Notes under the pieces: generated by a model
What the model saw: the letters and a program-made list of their open reading frames with translations, nothing else
What the model was told of the DNA's origin: nothing
The model's database searches: none
In this document: piece after piece, positions 17,350 through 26,149 of the stretch
Layout: each line of letters begins with the position of its first letter
Position numbering within the stretch: the first letter of the stretch is position 1
Translations under genes and position numbers: made by a program
Origin: Chloroflexota bacterium
GTDB lineage: Bacteria; Chloroflexota; Anaerolineae; Aggregatilineales; Ch27
Direction: 5' to 3'
Length of the DNA: 64,000 nucleotides
Assembly (NCBI GenBank): GCA_019873685.1
Contig: JAIOAT010000003.1
Coordinates: forward strand, 80,543 to 144,542

Positions 17350-18348
17350 CTAATGTTTGGCAAACGCCGCGTCAAAGGCAATATCCGACGGTTCGAAGTC
17401 CAGCTTCTTGACGAAGTGGAACGCCTCCTGGGCGCCAAACTCGCGGTTCATGCCGCTGTCCTCCCATTCGACGGAGAGCGGCCCGCGATACCCGATCCGG
17501 TTGAGCGTGCGGATGATGGCCTCAAAGGGCACGTCGCCATGCCCCGGAGAGACGAAGTCCCAGCCACGCCGGGAGTCGCCAAAGCTCAGGTGTGAGCCGA
17601 GGATGCTCGTCCGCCCGTTGAGGTTGCGCTTCACGTCCTTGACGTGCATATGAAAGATTCGCTCAGCAAAGGTCTCCAGGAAAGCGACCGGATCGACAAA
17701 CTGGTGAACCAAGTGGCTGGGGTCGAAGTTCACCCCGAAAGCCGGGTGGTGGTTGACCGCTTCCAGCGCCCGCTGCATCGTCACAATGTCATAAGCGATC
17801 TCGGTTGGATGAACCTCCAGCGCAAAGCGAACGCCGTTCTGCTGGAAGGCATCGAGGATCGGCAGCCAGCGCGCGGCGAAATCGCGGTAACCGGCGTCAA
17901 TTTCCGCCTGGGAAGTAGGCGGGAAGAAGTACAGCTTGCTCCACACGCTGCTGCCGGTGAAGCCAGTGACAATCTCCACGCCGAACAACCGCGCCGCCTG
18001 CGCCGTCCGCTTCATCTCCTCCGCCGCCCGCTGACGCACTCCCTCCGGATCGCCGTCGCCCCACACACAAGCCGGGAGGATACTCCGGTGGCGCTCATCG
18101 ATCGGATCGCAGACGGCCTGCCCGACCAGGTGGTTGCTGATGGCGAAGCACTTGAGGCCATACCGTTCCAGGAGGGCGCGCTTCTCCCGCACATAGGAGT
18201 CGCTGGCCAGCGCCTTTTCCACCTCAAAGTGATCACCGGAGCAGGCCAGTTCCAGCCCCTGGTAGCCCCACTCGGAGGCTTTGCGGGCCAGCGTTTCCAG
18301 AGGCAAATCGGCCCACTGTCCTGTGAACAGGGTAATTGTTCGCCCCAT
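17350..18348 (-). CDS. Xylose-isomerase-like TIM-barrel protein (sugar phosphate isomerase/epimerase family)
   Basis: 332 aa with family-typical LEVHPTE and HMHVKD metal-site segments. Confidence 0.75.
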   Translation of the reverse strand: MGRTITLFTGQWADLPLETLARKASEWGYQGLELACSGDHFEVEKALASDSYVREKRALLERYGLKCFAISNHLVGQAVCDPIDERHRSILPACVWGDGDPEGVRQRAAEEMKRTAQAARLFGVEIVTGFTGSSVWSKLYFFPPTSQAEIDAGYRDFAARWLPILDAFQQNGVRFALEVHPTEIAYDIVTMQRALEAVNHHPAFGVNFDPSHLVHQFVDPVAFLETFAERIFHMHVKDVKRNLNGRTSILGSHLSFGDSRRGWDFVSPGHGDVPFEAIIRTLNRIGYRGPLSVEWEDSGMNREFGAQEAFHFVKKLDFEPSDIAFDAAFAKH

Positions 18349-18398
18349 TGCTCACTCTCCTTTCAGCCTAAGAGGAAGGTCACGCAAAACCGGCCCGG

Positions 18399-19082
18399 CT
18401 AGCCCGCCAGGCGTTGTCTGGCCTCGTCCAGGATGGCGGCGGTACGCGTCGCGCCGCAGCGGGAAACGCCCAGCGCACGGACTTCCAGCAGGCGGTCTAG
18501 CGTGCGCACACCCCCCGCCGCCTTAATCTGCACCTGCGGCGGGGTATGCTGGCGCATCAGCCGCAGGTCGGCGTCGGTGGCCCCGCCGCTGCCGTAGCCG
18601 GTCGAGGTCTTGACCCAGTCAACACCGATCTCGCCGCAAATCCGGCAGAGCATGATCTTCTGGTCATCGTTCAGGTAACAGTTCTCGAAGATCACCTTGA
18701 TTTTCTGCCCGGCGGCATGGGTGACGGCGGTCACCGCCTCAATGTCACGGGCCACCGCGTCCCAGGCTCCACTCAACACCTGGCTGATATTGACCACCAT
18801 ATCCAGTTCTTCGCCGCCATCCGCCAGCGCCTGCTCAGCCTCGGCGACCTTGATCGCGGTCGTGTGGCCGCCGTGCGGAAAGCCAATCGTCGTGCTGGCC
18901 TTAACCGTGCTGCCGCGTAGCAGATCGGCGCAGCGTCTGAGGTAGTAGGGCATAATGCAAACGCTGGCCACATCGTAGGCCAGGGCAAGCTGGATGCCCG
19001 CTTCCAGGTCGGCCACGGTCAGCGTCGGATTGAGCAACGAGTGGTCGATCATCTTGGCCAGATCGTGATAGGTGTAGTCCAT
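18399..19082 (-). CDS. deoC: Deoxyribose-phosphate aldolase (class I aldolase, DeoC family)
   Basis: The track ORF extends to 19274; ATG 19082 gives a 227-aa protein, MDYTYHDLAKMIDHSLLNP. Contains the Schiff-base lysine context WVKTSTGY and IKAAGGVRT. Confidence 0.8.
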   Translation of the reverse strand: MDYTYHDLAKMIDHSLLNPTLTVADLEAGIQLALAYDVASVCIMPYYLRRCADLLRGSTVKASTTIGFPHGGHTTAIKVAEAEQALADGGEELDMVVNISQVLSGAWDAVARDIEAVTAVTHAAGQKIKVIFENCYLNDDQKIMLCRICGEIGVDWVKTSTGYGSGGATDADLRLMRQHTPPQVQIKAAGGVRTLDRLLEVRALGVSRCGATRTAAILDEARQRLAG

Positions 19083-19098
19083 ACCCCTCTTCTCCCCT

Positions 19099-20064
19099 TT
19101 AGCCCACCATACCCTGAGCAGCAGCCAGAGCGATCCCGCCCAGCAGCCCGGCTCGATTGCCCAGCGCCGATTCGACGATCGCCACATCATCGGTCGGGAA
19201 CATGCCCACACGCTCCCGGACGGTCTGGCGCACCGTGTCAAAGAGCAGCGCCCCGATCCCGGCCACGTTGCCACCCAGCACCACCATCTCCGGGTGCAAC
19301 GTCACCATCACGTTGGCCACACCGATGCCAATGTACTGCGCCGCCCGGATCAATTCCTCGCGCACAGCTTCATCGCCAGCTTCAGCAGCCAGGGCCATCT
19401 CCCGCGGGGTTACCCGCGCCGGGTTGCCTTCGACGAGCGCATGCAGGCGCGGTGCGCGCCCGGCCTGCATCAGCCAGACCCCTTTGCCCACAATTGCCGG
19501 GCCGCTGGCCAGCGTTTCCAGACAGCCCCGGTTGCCACAGCCGCAACGCGGGCCATCCGGCAGGATGGTATGATGGCCCAGTTCACCCGCCGCGCCCAGT
19601 CGCCCCAGCCGTAACCGGCCATCCACCACCACACCGCCGCCGATGCCTGTCCCCAGCGTGTAGAAGATCATGGTGCCAACCGAGCGCCCGCGCCCGTAAG
19701 TAAGCTCGCCCAGGGCAGCCATCCGGGCGTCATTGAGCAGATAGACCGGGCAATTGATCTGGGGGGCCAGCCAGTCGCGCACGGGGATATCGCGCCAGTT
19801 GGTGGGAAAGTTGGGCAAAAAGCGGGTCGTACCGCTGGCCAGGTCAATCAGCCCCGGCACACCGATGCCCAGCGCCGCCGGGGACTGCCCGGCCTGCGCA
19901 GCCAGGTCGCGGATGAGGCCAGCCATACGCCGCACTACGGCTTCCGGCCCCTGTTGCGATTCCGTTGGGATGGTCTTCTCGGCCACGATCTGGCCGTCTG
20001 CTCCAGCCAGCGCCCCGGCGATCTTGGTGCCGCCCAGGTCGATGCTGGCATACAACGCCGTCAT
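19099..20064 (-). CDS. ROK-family sugar kinase (glucokinase-like)
   Basis: The track ORF extends to 20160; ATG 20064 has a GGAGGGGGAGG RBS. Motifs: DLGGTKIAG and the Zn motif CGCGNRGCLE. Confidence 0.8.
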   Translation of the reverse strand: MTALYASIDLGGTKIAGALAGADGQIVAEKTIPTESQQGPEAVVRRMAGLIRDLAAQAGQSPAALGIGVPGLIDLASGTTRFLPNFPTNWRDIPVRDWLAPQINCPVYLLNDARMAALGELTYGRGRSVGTMIFYTLGTGIGGGVVVDGRLRLGRLGAAGELGHHTILPDGPRCGCGNRGCLETLASGPAIVGKGVWLMQAGRAPRLHALVEGNPARVTPREMALAAEAGDEAVREELIRAAQYIGIGVANVMVTLHPEMVVLGGNVAGIGALLFDTVRQTVRERVGMFPTDDVAIVESALGNRAGLLGGIALAAAQGMVG

Positions 20065-20199
20065 GATGCCTCCCCCTCCATCACTGCGGCGGCTCCATAT
20101 GACCTGATCCTGTGGCGCCGCGGATAGCTGTATTGTACTACGCGCCCGGTTGCCCGCCAAAAGCGCCTGTTAAGAACCCGGAGTGTGCATTCCAGTAAT

Positions 20200-20229
20200 C
20201 TTGACAATCGCCAGCAGAACGTACTATCC
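20200..20229 (+). promoter_or_regulatory. Candidate sigma-70 promoter TTGACA-18-TATCCT (or 15-TACTAT)
   Basis: TTGACA at 20200..20205 and TATCCT at 20224..20229. Followed by CAAATGTGCGAACA (20231..20244) and the perfect palindrome CAATGATCATTG (20243..20254). Confidence 0.4.
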
Positions 20230-20325
20230 TGCAAATGTGCGAACAATGATCATTGATTTCCTGCGGCCTCCTGACAGCACCATCCGCTTGCTACCCCGAC
20301 CGGACACAGCGTCCGCAGGCATAAC

Positions 20326-20376
20326 GTGCCTGTTCTACGCCGGATCAACGAGCGGGTCGCTGCGTAGAACAGGCAC
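20326..20376 (+). other. Perfect 15-bp stem-loop in the long leader upstream of the Frc-like ABC operon
   Basis: GTGCCTGTTCTACGC (20326..20340) pairs with GCGTAGAACAGGCAC (20362..20376); the loop is 21 nt. There is no U-tract. An extended -10 (TGCTATAAT, 20403..20411) lies downstream. Confidence 0.4.
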
Positions 20377-20559
20377 CCCATCACAGCGCAAAACCCACAT
20401 AGTGCTATAATCATGGCAGGCACTCCAGGCTCAGACAGAAAGGAGGGTAAAGCAAACCGCTAACACATCCATGCACGTGCGCTCCAACCCGGCCACCGAG
20501 GGCCGGAGCTGTAGAGAGCGTCAGGAACTATCGGCATGTGTTCGAAAAGAGGAGAAGCT

Positions 20560-21498
20560 ATGTTCAAGAAATTCGCTGCATTGCTGCTCATCGTTGTTTT
20601 CGTCCTGAGCGCGCTGCCTGCGGCGGCGCAGACCCCCCCTAAAGTTTTCTACTGGATTTCGCATGGTGATCCTGCTGACCCGGTCTGGGTGTTCTTCCTG
20701 GGCGGGGCGCAGCAATTCGCCGAGGACACCGGGTTCGAAGTCCGCACGTCCTTCCATGCTGGCGATGTACCCTCGCAGCAGGAAGCCGTTCGCGCGGCTA
20801 TCGCTGCTGGCGCGACGGGCATCGTCACCAGCACGCCTGACCCCGGCAGCCTGACCGAAGTGATCGCTGAAGCGCATGCGGCTGGCATCCCGGTCATCAT
20901 CATGAACACCGAGGACAAGACCAGCGGGCGCGACGCTTATGTCGGCGGCGATAACTTCGTCATCGGCGCGGACTGGGCCTCGTACCTGGTGGAGAACGGC
21001 TATGTAACCACCGGCAGCTTCGTCTGGATGCCCGTTGAAGTCCCCGGCGCGACCTACCAGGTGAATGAGACCGAAGGCATCGACAGCGTGTTTGGCCCGC
21101 TGGGCGTCGAGTATGAGATCACCGATGCCACGCTGGACCAGGCCGAGATCATCACCCGTATGTCGGATTACCTGACCGCCAACCGTGACAAGATCGATGC
21201 GATCATCGGCCTGGGCGACCTGGTGACCGGCAGCATCAAGCGCGTGTTTGACCAGGTCGGCGTCGCTCCTGGCGACATCCCGGTGGTTGGCTGGGGCAAC
21301 TCCTGCGACACGGTGAACGAGGTCAAGGAAGGCTATGTCTTTGCCGCGACCTGGCAGGACCCGCAGCTCACCAGCTACCTGGCCCTGGCGCAGGCGATGA
21401 TGGCGGCCAGCGGCATCCCGCCGACGGACATCATCGTTGGCACGCTGTACGGCCCGGACAAGGCTGACGTCTACGGCGCCCTGATGGGTTGCCAGTAG
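20560..21498 (+). CDS. Sugar ABC transporter substrate-binding protein (type-I PBP, Frc/Rbs-like)
   Basis: GAGGAG RBS before ATG 20560. Signal peptide MFKKFAALLLIVVFVLSALPAAAQ. PBP1 fold pattern. Confidence 0.85.
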   Translation: MFKKFAALLLIVVFVLSALPAAAQTPPKVFYWISHGDPADPVWVFFLGGAQQFAEDTGFEVRTSFHAGDVPSQQEAVRAAIAAGATGIVTSTPDPGSLTEVIAEAHAAGIPVIIMNTEDKTSGRDAYVGGDNFVIGADWASYLVENGYVTTGSFVWMPVEVPGATYQVNETEGIDSVFGPLGVEYEITDATLDQAEIITRMSDYLTANRDKIDAIIGLGDLVTGSIKRVFDQVGVAPGDIPVVGWGNSCDTVNEVKEGYVFAATWQDPQLTSYLALAQAMMAASGIPPTDIIVGTLYGPDKADVYGALMGCQ

Positions 21499-21547
21499 AG
21501 TCTGGTTAAGCAGCCCGCCCTTTACGGGTCAGGGCGCTCAGTTTGGT

Positions 21548-21586
21548 ATGAGACTGGCGCTCCGGCGCCAGTCTCATCCCCTTTTA
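21548..21586 (+). terminator. Strong intrinsic terminator between the SBP and permease genes (intra-operon attenuation point)
   Basis: 13-bp perfect stem ATGAGACTGGCGC/GCGCCAGTCTCAT with loop TCCG, followed by CCCCUUUUAU. Confidence 0.75.
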
Positions 21587-21620
21587 TCGGCCTGTCGGAC
21601 ACAAGATATCGAGGCAGTCG

Positions 21621-22673
21621 ATGGAAGCATCTTCACGCCTGCAAAAGGCCATGACCGCGCCTTCGGTCAGGAAACTGATTGCCGCGCCGGAATTCGGCCC
21701 GCTGGTGTTACTGATCGTTGAGATCGTGGTGTTCAGTTTTCTCACCTCCCGGCGCGCCGCGTCTGATCCATTCTTCACGATTTTCCCGTCATTCCTGTCC
21801 GCTACCAACATCACCAACCTGCTGTCCTTCACGCCGGAACTGGGCATGATCGCCCTCGGCATGACGTTGCTGATGACTGCCGGCGAATTTGACCTCTCGG
21901 TCGGCTCGGTCTTCGGCTTTGCGGCGATCGTGATGTGGACGTTCTTCAACACCGGCGCCACCTCCCTGGAAATCGGTTTCGTGCTGGCCATGTTGATTTC
22001 GGTTGCCATCGGCTTCGTGAACGGCTGGTTCGTGACCCGGCTGCGCATTCCGTCGTTCCTGGTCACGCTGGGCATGTTGCTGGTCGCGCGTGGCTCGGCA
22101 CTGTACATCACCGATGGCTTCCCGCAGCGCACCTGGAACGCCGGACAGTCCGTACTGTCGGCCATCCTAGTTGGCGAGTTTTCCATTGGCGAGGTGCGCA
22201 TCTACGCCTCCCTGATCTGGTTCATCCTGTTCACCATCATCATGCACTACGTGCTGGTGCACTCCAAAGCCGGTAACTGGATTCAAGCCTCCGGCGGCAA
22301 TGCGATGGCGGCCATCGCCCGTGGCGTTAAGGTAGGCCGCACCAAGGTCTTGCTGTTCATCCTCTCGGCAATGATGTCCGCCTATGCAGGTATCACCAGC
22401 TCGATCCGCGTTTCGGCGGCTAACCCCAACAGTGGCGACGGTTACGAGCTGGAGGTCATCGCGATGGTCGTCATCGGCGGGACAGCACTGGCCGGCGGGC
22501 GTGGCTCGATCCTCGGCACTGTCCTCGGCGTGCTGATCCTGCGCGTGATGCGCAACGGCATCGTCATGGTCGGGGTCCCTGGCCTGGCCTACAAGATCTT
22601 CATCGGCGCGATCATTCTGGGTATGATGGTGCTGCACTCAAGCATTGAACGCCGCACCGGGAACGGAAGGTGA
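21621..22673 (+). CDS. Sugar ABC transporter permease (RbsC/FrcC-like)
   Basis: 350 aa, polytopic, with a glycine-rich C-terminal half (VIGGTALAGGRGSILGT) typical of CUT2 permeases. Confidence 0.85.
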   Translation: MEASSRLQKAMTAPSVRKLIAAPEFGPLVLLIVEIVVFSFLTSRRAASDPFFTIFPSFLSATNITNLLSFTPELGMIALGMTLLMTAGEFDLSVGSVFGFAAIVMWTFFNTGATSLEIGFVLAMLISVAIGFVNGWFVTRLRIPSFLVTLGMLLVARGSALYITDGFPQRTWNAGQSVLSAILVGEFSIGEVRIYASLIWFILFTIIMHYVLVHSKAGNWIQASGGNAMAAIARGVKVGRTKVLLFILSAMMSAYAGITSSIRVSAANPNSGDGYELEVIAMVVIGGTALAGGRGSILGTVLGVLILRVMRNGIVMVGVPGLAYKIFIGAIILGMMVLHSSIERRTGNGR

Positions 22674-22677
22674 AACC

Positions 22678-23451
22678 ATGGCGACTGGCGAACTGGTCCG
22701 CATGGAGCATATTTACAAGAACTTCGGCAGCGTGCAGGCGCTCAATGATGTCACCTTCACCGTCGGACACCGGGAGATCGTCGGTCTGGTCGGCGATAAC
22801 GGCGCGGGCAAATCCACGCTGATCAAGATTCTCTCCGGCGCTCACCCCGCCACTTCCGGGCAGATCTACTTCGACGGCAAGCCGGTGGAGATCAAGAACA
22901 CCTGGGACGCCATTCAACTCGGCATTGAGACGATCTACCAGGATTCGGCGCTCGTCCCCCAGCTTTCCATCGCACGCAACCTGTTCCTGGGACGCGAACC
23001 GCTGACCGGCCCCAAATGGCTGCAGCGCATGGACAAGCGCTTTATGGAAGAGCAAACCCGCAAGCTGCTCGGCGACCTGGGCATCACCAAGTACATCAAC
23101 CCCGATACGCCGATCACCTCCCTCTCCGGCGGTGAGCGCCAGTCCATCTCCATCGCCCGCGCCATGTTCTTCGAATCGCGGCTGATCATCCTGGACGAGC
23201 CAACCAACAACCTGGGGGTGGAGGAAACGCACCGCGTGCTGCGCTTCATCCACAACGCGCGGGATAGAGGTCTGTCGTGCATCTTCATCACGCACAACAT
23301 CTACCACGTCTTCCAGGTGGTCGACCGGATTGTGGTGCTGCGCCGGGGCAAGAAGGTCTGCGAAGCCGACCCGAAGCACACCAACATTGACGATATTGAG
23401 AAGGTGATCACCGGGATTTACGACACGCTGCCGGAGCGCAGCGCCGGGTAA
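22678..23451 (+). CDS. Sugar ABC transporter ATP-binding protein, single NBD (FrcA-like)
   Basis: Walker A GDNGAGKST, signature LSGGERQ, Walker B LIILDEPT. About 257 aa, so one NBD rather than the fused double NBD of RbsA/MglA. Confidence 0.9.
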   Translation: MATGELVRMEHIYKNFGSVQALNDVTFTVGHREIVGLVGDNGAGKSTLIKILSGAHPATSGQIYFDGKPVEIKNTWDAIQLGIETIYQDSALVPQLSIARNLFLGREPLTGPKWLQRMDKRFMEEQTRKLLGDLGITKYINPDTPITSLSGGERQSISIARAMFFESRLIILDEPTNNLGVEETHRVLRFIHNARDRGLSCIFITHNIYHVFQVVDRIVVLRRGKKVCEADPKHTNIDDIEKVITGIYDTLPERSAG

Positions 23452-23495
23452 AACAATCCCAGCGGATGCTGCCGCCATATCGGGCCTGCACTCCG

Positions 23496-23552
23496 CCTCA
23501 CGCCGGTGCCGGATACGGGCAGTTTGGCCCGCGCCATCTGGCACCGGCGTGA
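23496..23552 (+). terminator. Long perfect stem-loop downstream of the ABC operon (terminator-like, no U-tract)
   Basis: 14-bp stem CTCACGCCGGTGCC/GGCACCGGCGTGAG with a 29-nt loop containing a small inner GGGC/GCCC stem. Confidence 0.4.
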
Positions 23553-23611
23553 GATGTCTGGCAGCAAATCGACGCTTTGTCATTGCGCTGTTGTGACTGA
23601 AGGAGCCTGGT

Positions 23612-25681
23612 ATGCCATTCCGCTACCCGCAAGCTCGCCGGGTGGATGTGGTCGACAACTACTTTGGCACTCCCGTCCCCGATCCTTACCGCTGGATGGA
23701 AGACCCCTCTGCTCCGGACCTGCACAACTACATCGATGCGCAGAACGCCCTGACCCGCGCCTACCTGGAGGCCGTCCCTGCGCGTCCTGCCATCCGGGCG
23801 CGCCTGGCCGAACTATACAGCTACCCCCAGATTCCGGACTACGGGCAGGCATGCCGCGCCGGCGACGATTACTTCTACACCATGCACACTGGCCAGAACC
23901 AGTCTGTTCTTTTTCGCCGGCGGGGGATACACGGCCAACCGGAAATCGTGCTCGACCCGAACACATTCAGCCCGGATGGCTCGGTCATCCTGATGCAAAC
24001 CCACCCCAGCCCGGATGGCGCGTTGCTGGTCTACAGTCTGTCACGTGGCGGCTCCGACTGGCAGGAGTTCCACGTACGTGACCTGCAGACTGGCCAGGAC
24101 TTGCCCGATCTGCTCGCCTGGTGCAAGTTCACCACGGTTGTCTGGAAAGAAGATGGCAGCGGCTTCTACTACAATCGCTTCCCGGAACCGGCGCCGGGGC
24201 AGGAGATGTTGGCCGAGAATCTAAACAACCGTATCTACTTCCACCGCATCGGCACCCCGCAGGCCGAAGACACCCTGATCTTCGAAGACCCGGCGACACC
24301 GGAATACCTGTACTGGCCGGAAGGCACTGATGACGGCCGTTATCTGCTGCTCAGCGTCCGGCGCAGCGCCGTCGGCGAAACAGGCTACTACTACTGGCGC
24401 ATTGACAGTGATGAAGGGGTCGTGCGGCTACTGGCTGATTTCGATTCTGAGTATGCGTTCGTTGGGAGCCAGGAGACAACCTTCTACTTCATTACCAAGC
24501 TCGATGCACCGCGTAAACGCCTGATCGCTATCGATATCCGGAATCCTGCCCGTGAACACTGGCGCGAGATCATCCCGGAACAGGCGGATACCCTGGAAGC
24601 CGCTCGCATTGCTGGAGACCAGCTGATCGCCTTCTACATGCACAATGCCCACACCCGCGTCGGGGTCTACACGCTGGACGGTCACCACCTCCGGGATATC
24701 CCGCTGCCCACCATGGGCACTGCGCCAACCTATGCCCTCAAGACCAGCGCCCGGTACACGGACTTCCTGTTTACGTTCATGTCGTTCCTGTACCCGCTAA
24801 CCATTTTCCGCTACGACACCGCCAGCGCCAGCCTGGAAGTTTTCCAGCCGTCAGGCATCCCGGTAGAGCCGGAGCGCTACGAGACGCGGCAGGTCTTCTA
24901 TCCCTCAACCGGGGGCGTGCAGGTATCGATGTTTCTCACCCATCGCAAAGGGTTGAAGCTGGATAATCAGAATCCCACCCTGCTCTATGCCTATGGCGGC
25001 TTCGACATCCCGATCATGCCCGGCTTTGACCCCGCCGTCTACCTGTGGCTGGAACACGGCGGAGTGTACGCGGTCGCCAACCTGCGCGGTGGCGGTGAGT
25101 ACGGCGAGGAATGGCACAGGGATGGGATGCTTGGCAACAAGCAGCATGTTTTTGACGACATGATCCATGCCGCCCGCTGGCTGATCGCCAGTGGCTACAC
25201 TTCTCCCGGCAGGCTGGCCATCCGGGGCGCCAGCAACGGCGGCCTTCTGGTAGCCGCCTGCATCACGCAACAACCTGAGCTGTTTGGAGCGGCGCTGTGC
25301 GGCGTGCCTGTGACGGACATGTTGCGTTACCACAGGTTCACTGCCGGACGGCTCTGGACCAGCGAATACGGCAATGCAGAGAACAGCCCGGAGGAATTTC
25401 AAACGCTGATCGCCTATTCGCCATTGCACAATGTTCGAGCAGGTGTCACGCATCCGCCGATGCTGATCTGGACATCCGACGGCGATGATCGCGTCGTGCC
25501 GATGCACGCCCTCAAGTTCGCGGCCACACTTCAGGCGGCGGATAGCGGCAAGAACCCCATCCTGTTGCGCTTTGGCACCAAGGCCGGCCACGGTACCCTG
25601 AGCATCAATCGGGTCATCGAGGAGGAAAGCGACTTCCTTGCTTTCCTGGCGGCGACCGTTGGCTGGCAGATCACAGACTGA
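23612..25681 (+). CDS. Prolyl oligopeptidase (S9A serine peptidase)
   Basis: 689 aa. AAGGAG RBS. N-terminal DPYRWMEDP and the catalytic serine motif GASNGGLL. Confidence 0.9.
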   Translation: MPFRYPQARRVDVVDNYFGTPVPDPYRWMEDPSAPDLHNYIDAQNALTRAYLEAVPARPAIRARLAELYSYPQIPDYGQACRAGDDYFYTMHTGQNQSVLFRRRGIHGQPEIVLDPNTFSPDGSVILMQTHPSPDGALLVYSLSRGGSDWQEFHVRDLQTGQDLPDLLAWCKFTTVVWKEDGSGFYYNRFPEPAPGQEMLAENLNNRIYFHRIGTPQAEDTLIFEDPATPEYLYWPEGTDDGRYLLLSVRRSAVGETGYYYWRIDSDEGVVRLLADFDSEYAFVGSQETTFYFITKLDAPRKRLIAIDIRNPAREHWREIIPEQADTLEAARIAGDQLIAFYMHNAHTRVGVYTLDGHHLRDIPLPTMGTAPTYALKTSARYTDFLFTFMSFLYPLTIFRYDTASASLEVFQPSGIPVEPERYETRQVFYPSTGGVQVSMFLTHRKGLKLDNQNPTLLYAYGGFDIPIMPGFDPAVYLWLEHGGVYAVANLRGGGEYGEEWHRDGMLGNKQHVFDDMIHAARWLIASGYTSPGRLAIRGASNGGLLVAACITQQPELFGAALCGVPVTDMLRYHRFTAGRLWTSEYGNAENSPEEFQTLIAYSPLHNVRAGVTHPPMLIWTSDGDDRVVPMHALKFAATLQAADSGKNPILLRFGTKAGHGTLSINRVIEEESDFLAFLAATVGWQITD

Positions 25682-25694
25682 GGGTCTGAAAAGA

Positions 25695-26111
25695 ATGACC
25701 TACGAACTCATCGAGCGCCTCCCCACCCCGCAGGAGCACCGCGCCCTGTTCGAGGCGGTAGGCTGGCAGCCATACGCGCCGGAGGATACCGCTGTGGCGC
25801 TGGCTAACTCCCTGCACGGCATCGTGGCTGTGCAGGACGGCGAGACGATCGGCATGGGCCGGGTGATCGGCGACCGGGGCAAATTCTTCTACATTCAGGA
25901 TTTCGCCGTGCGCCCGGAACACCAGGGTCAGGGCGTCGGCAGGGCGATGCTGGAGCGCCTGCTGGCGTACATCCGCGCCGCCGCACCAGGGGATGCTTTT
26001 GTGGGGCTGTTTGCCACCCCCGCCGCCATCCCGTTCTACCGCCAGTATGGTTTTGAGCCACACACCGATGCGCTGACCGGCCTGTGGACAGTACTGCACC
26101 GGGGCGGCTGA
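25695..26111 (+). CDS. GNAT-family N-acetyltransferase
   Basis: 138 aa with the acetyl-CoA motif VRPEHQGQGVGRAML. Confidence 0.8.
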   Translation: MTYELIERLPTPQEHRALFEAVGWQPYAPEDTAVALANSLHGIVAVQDGETIGMGRVIGDRGKFFYIQDFAVRPEHQGQGVGRAMLERLLAYIRAAAPGDAFVGLFATPAAIPFYRQYGFEPHTDALTGLWTVLHRGG

Positions 26112-26149
26112 CTGTCTCTGTCGGCGCAGCAAGCTCGACAGGCGGCAGC

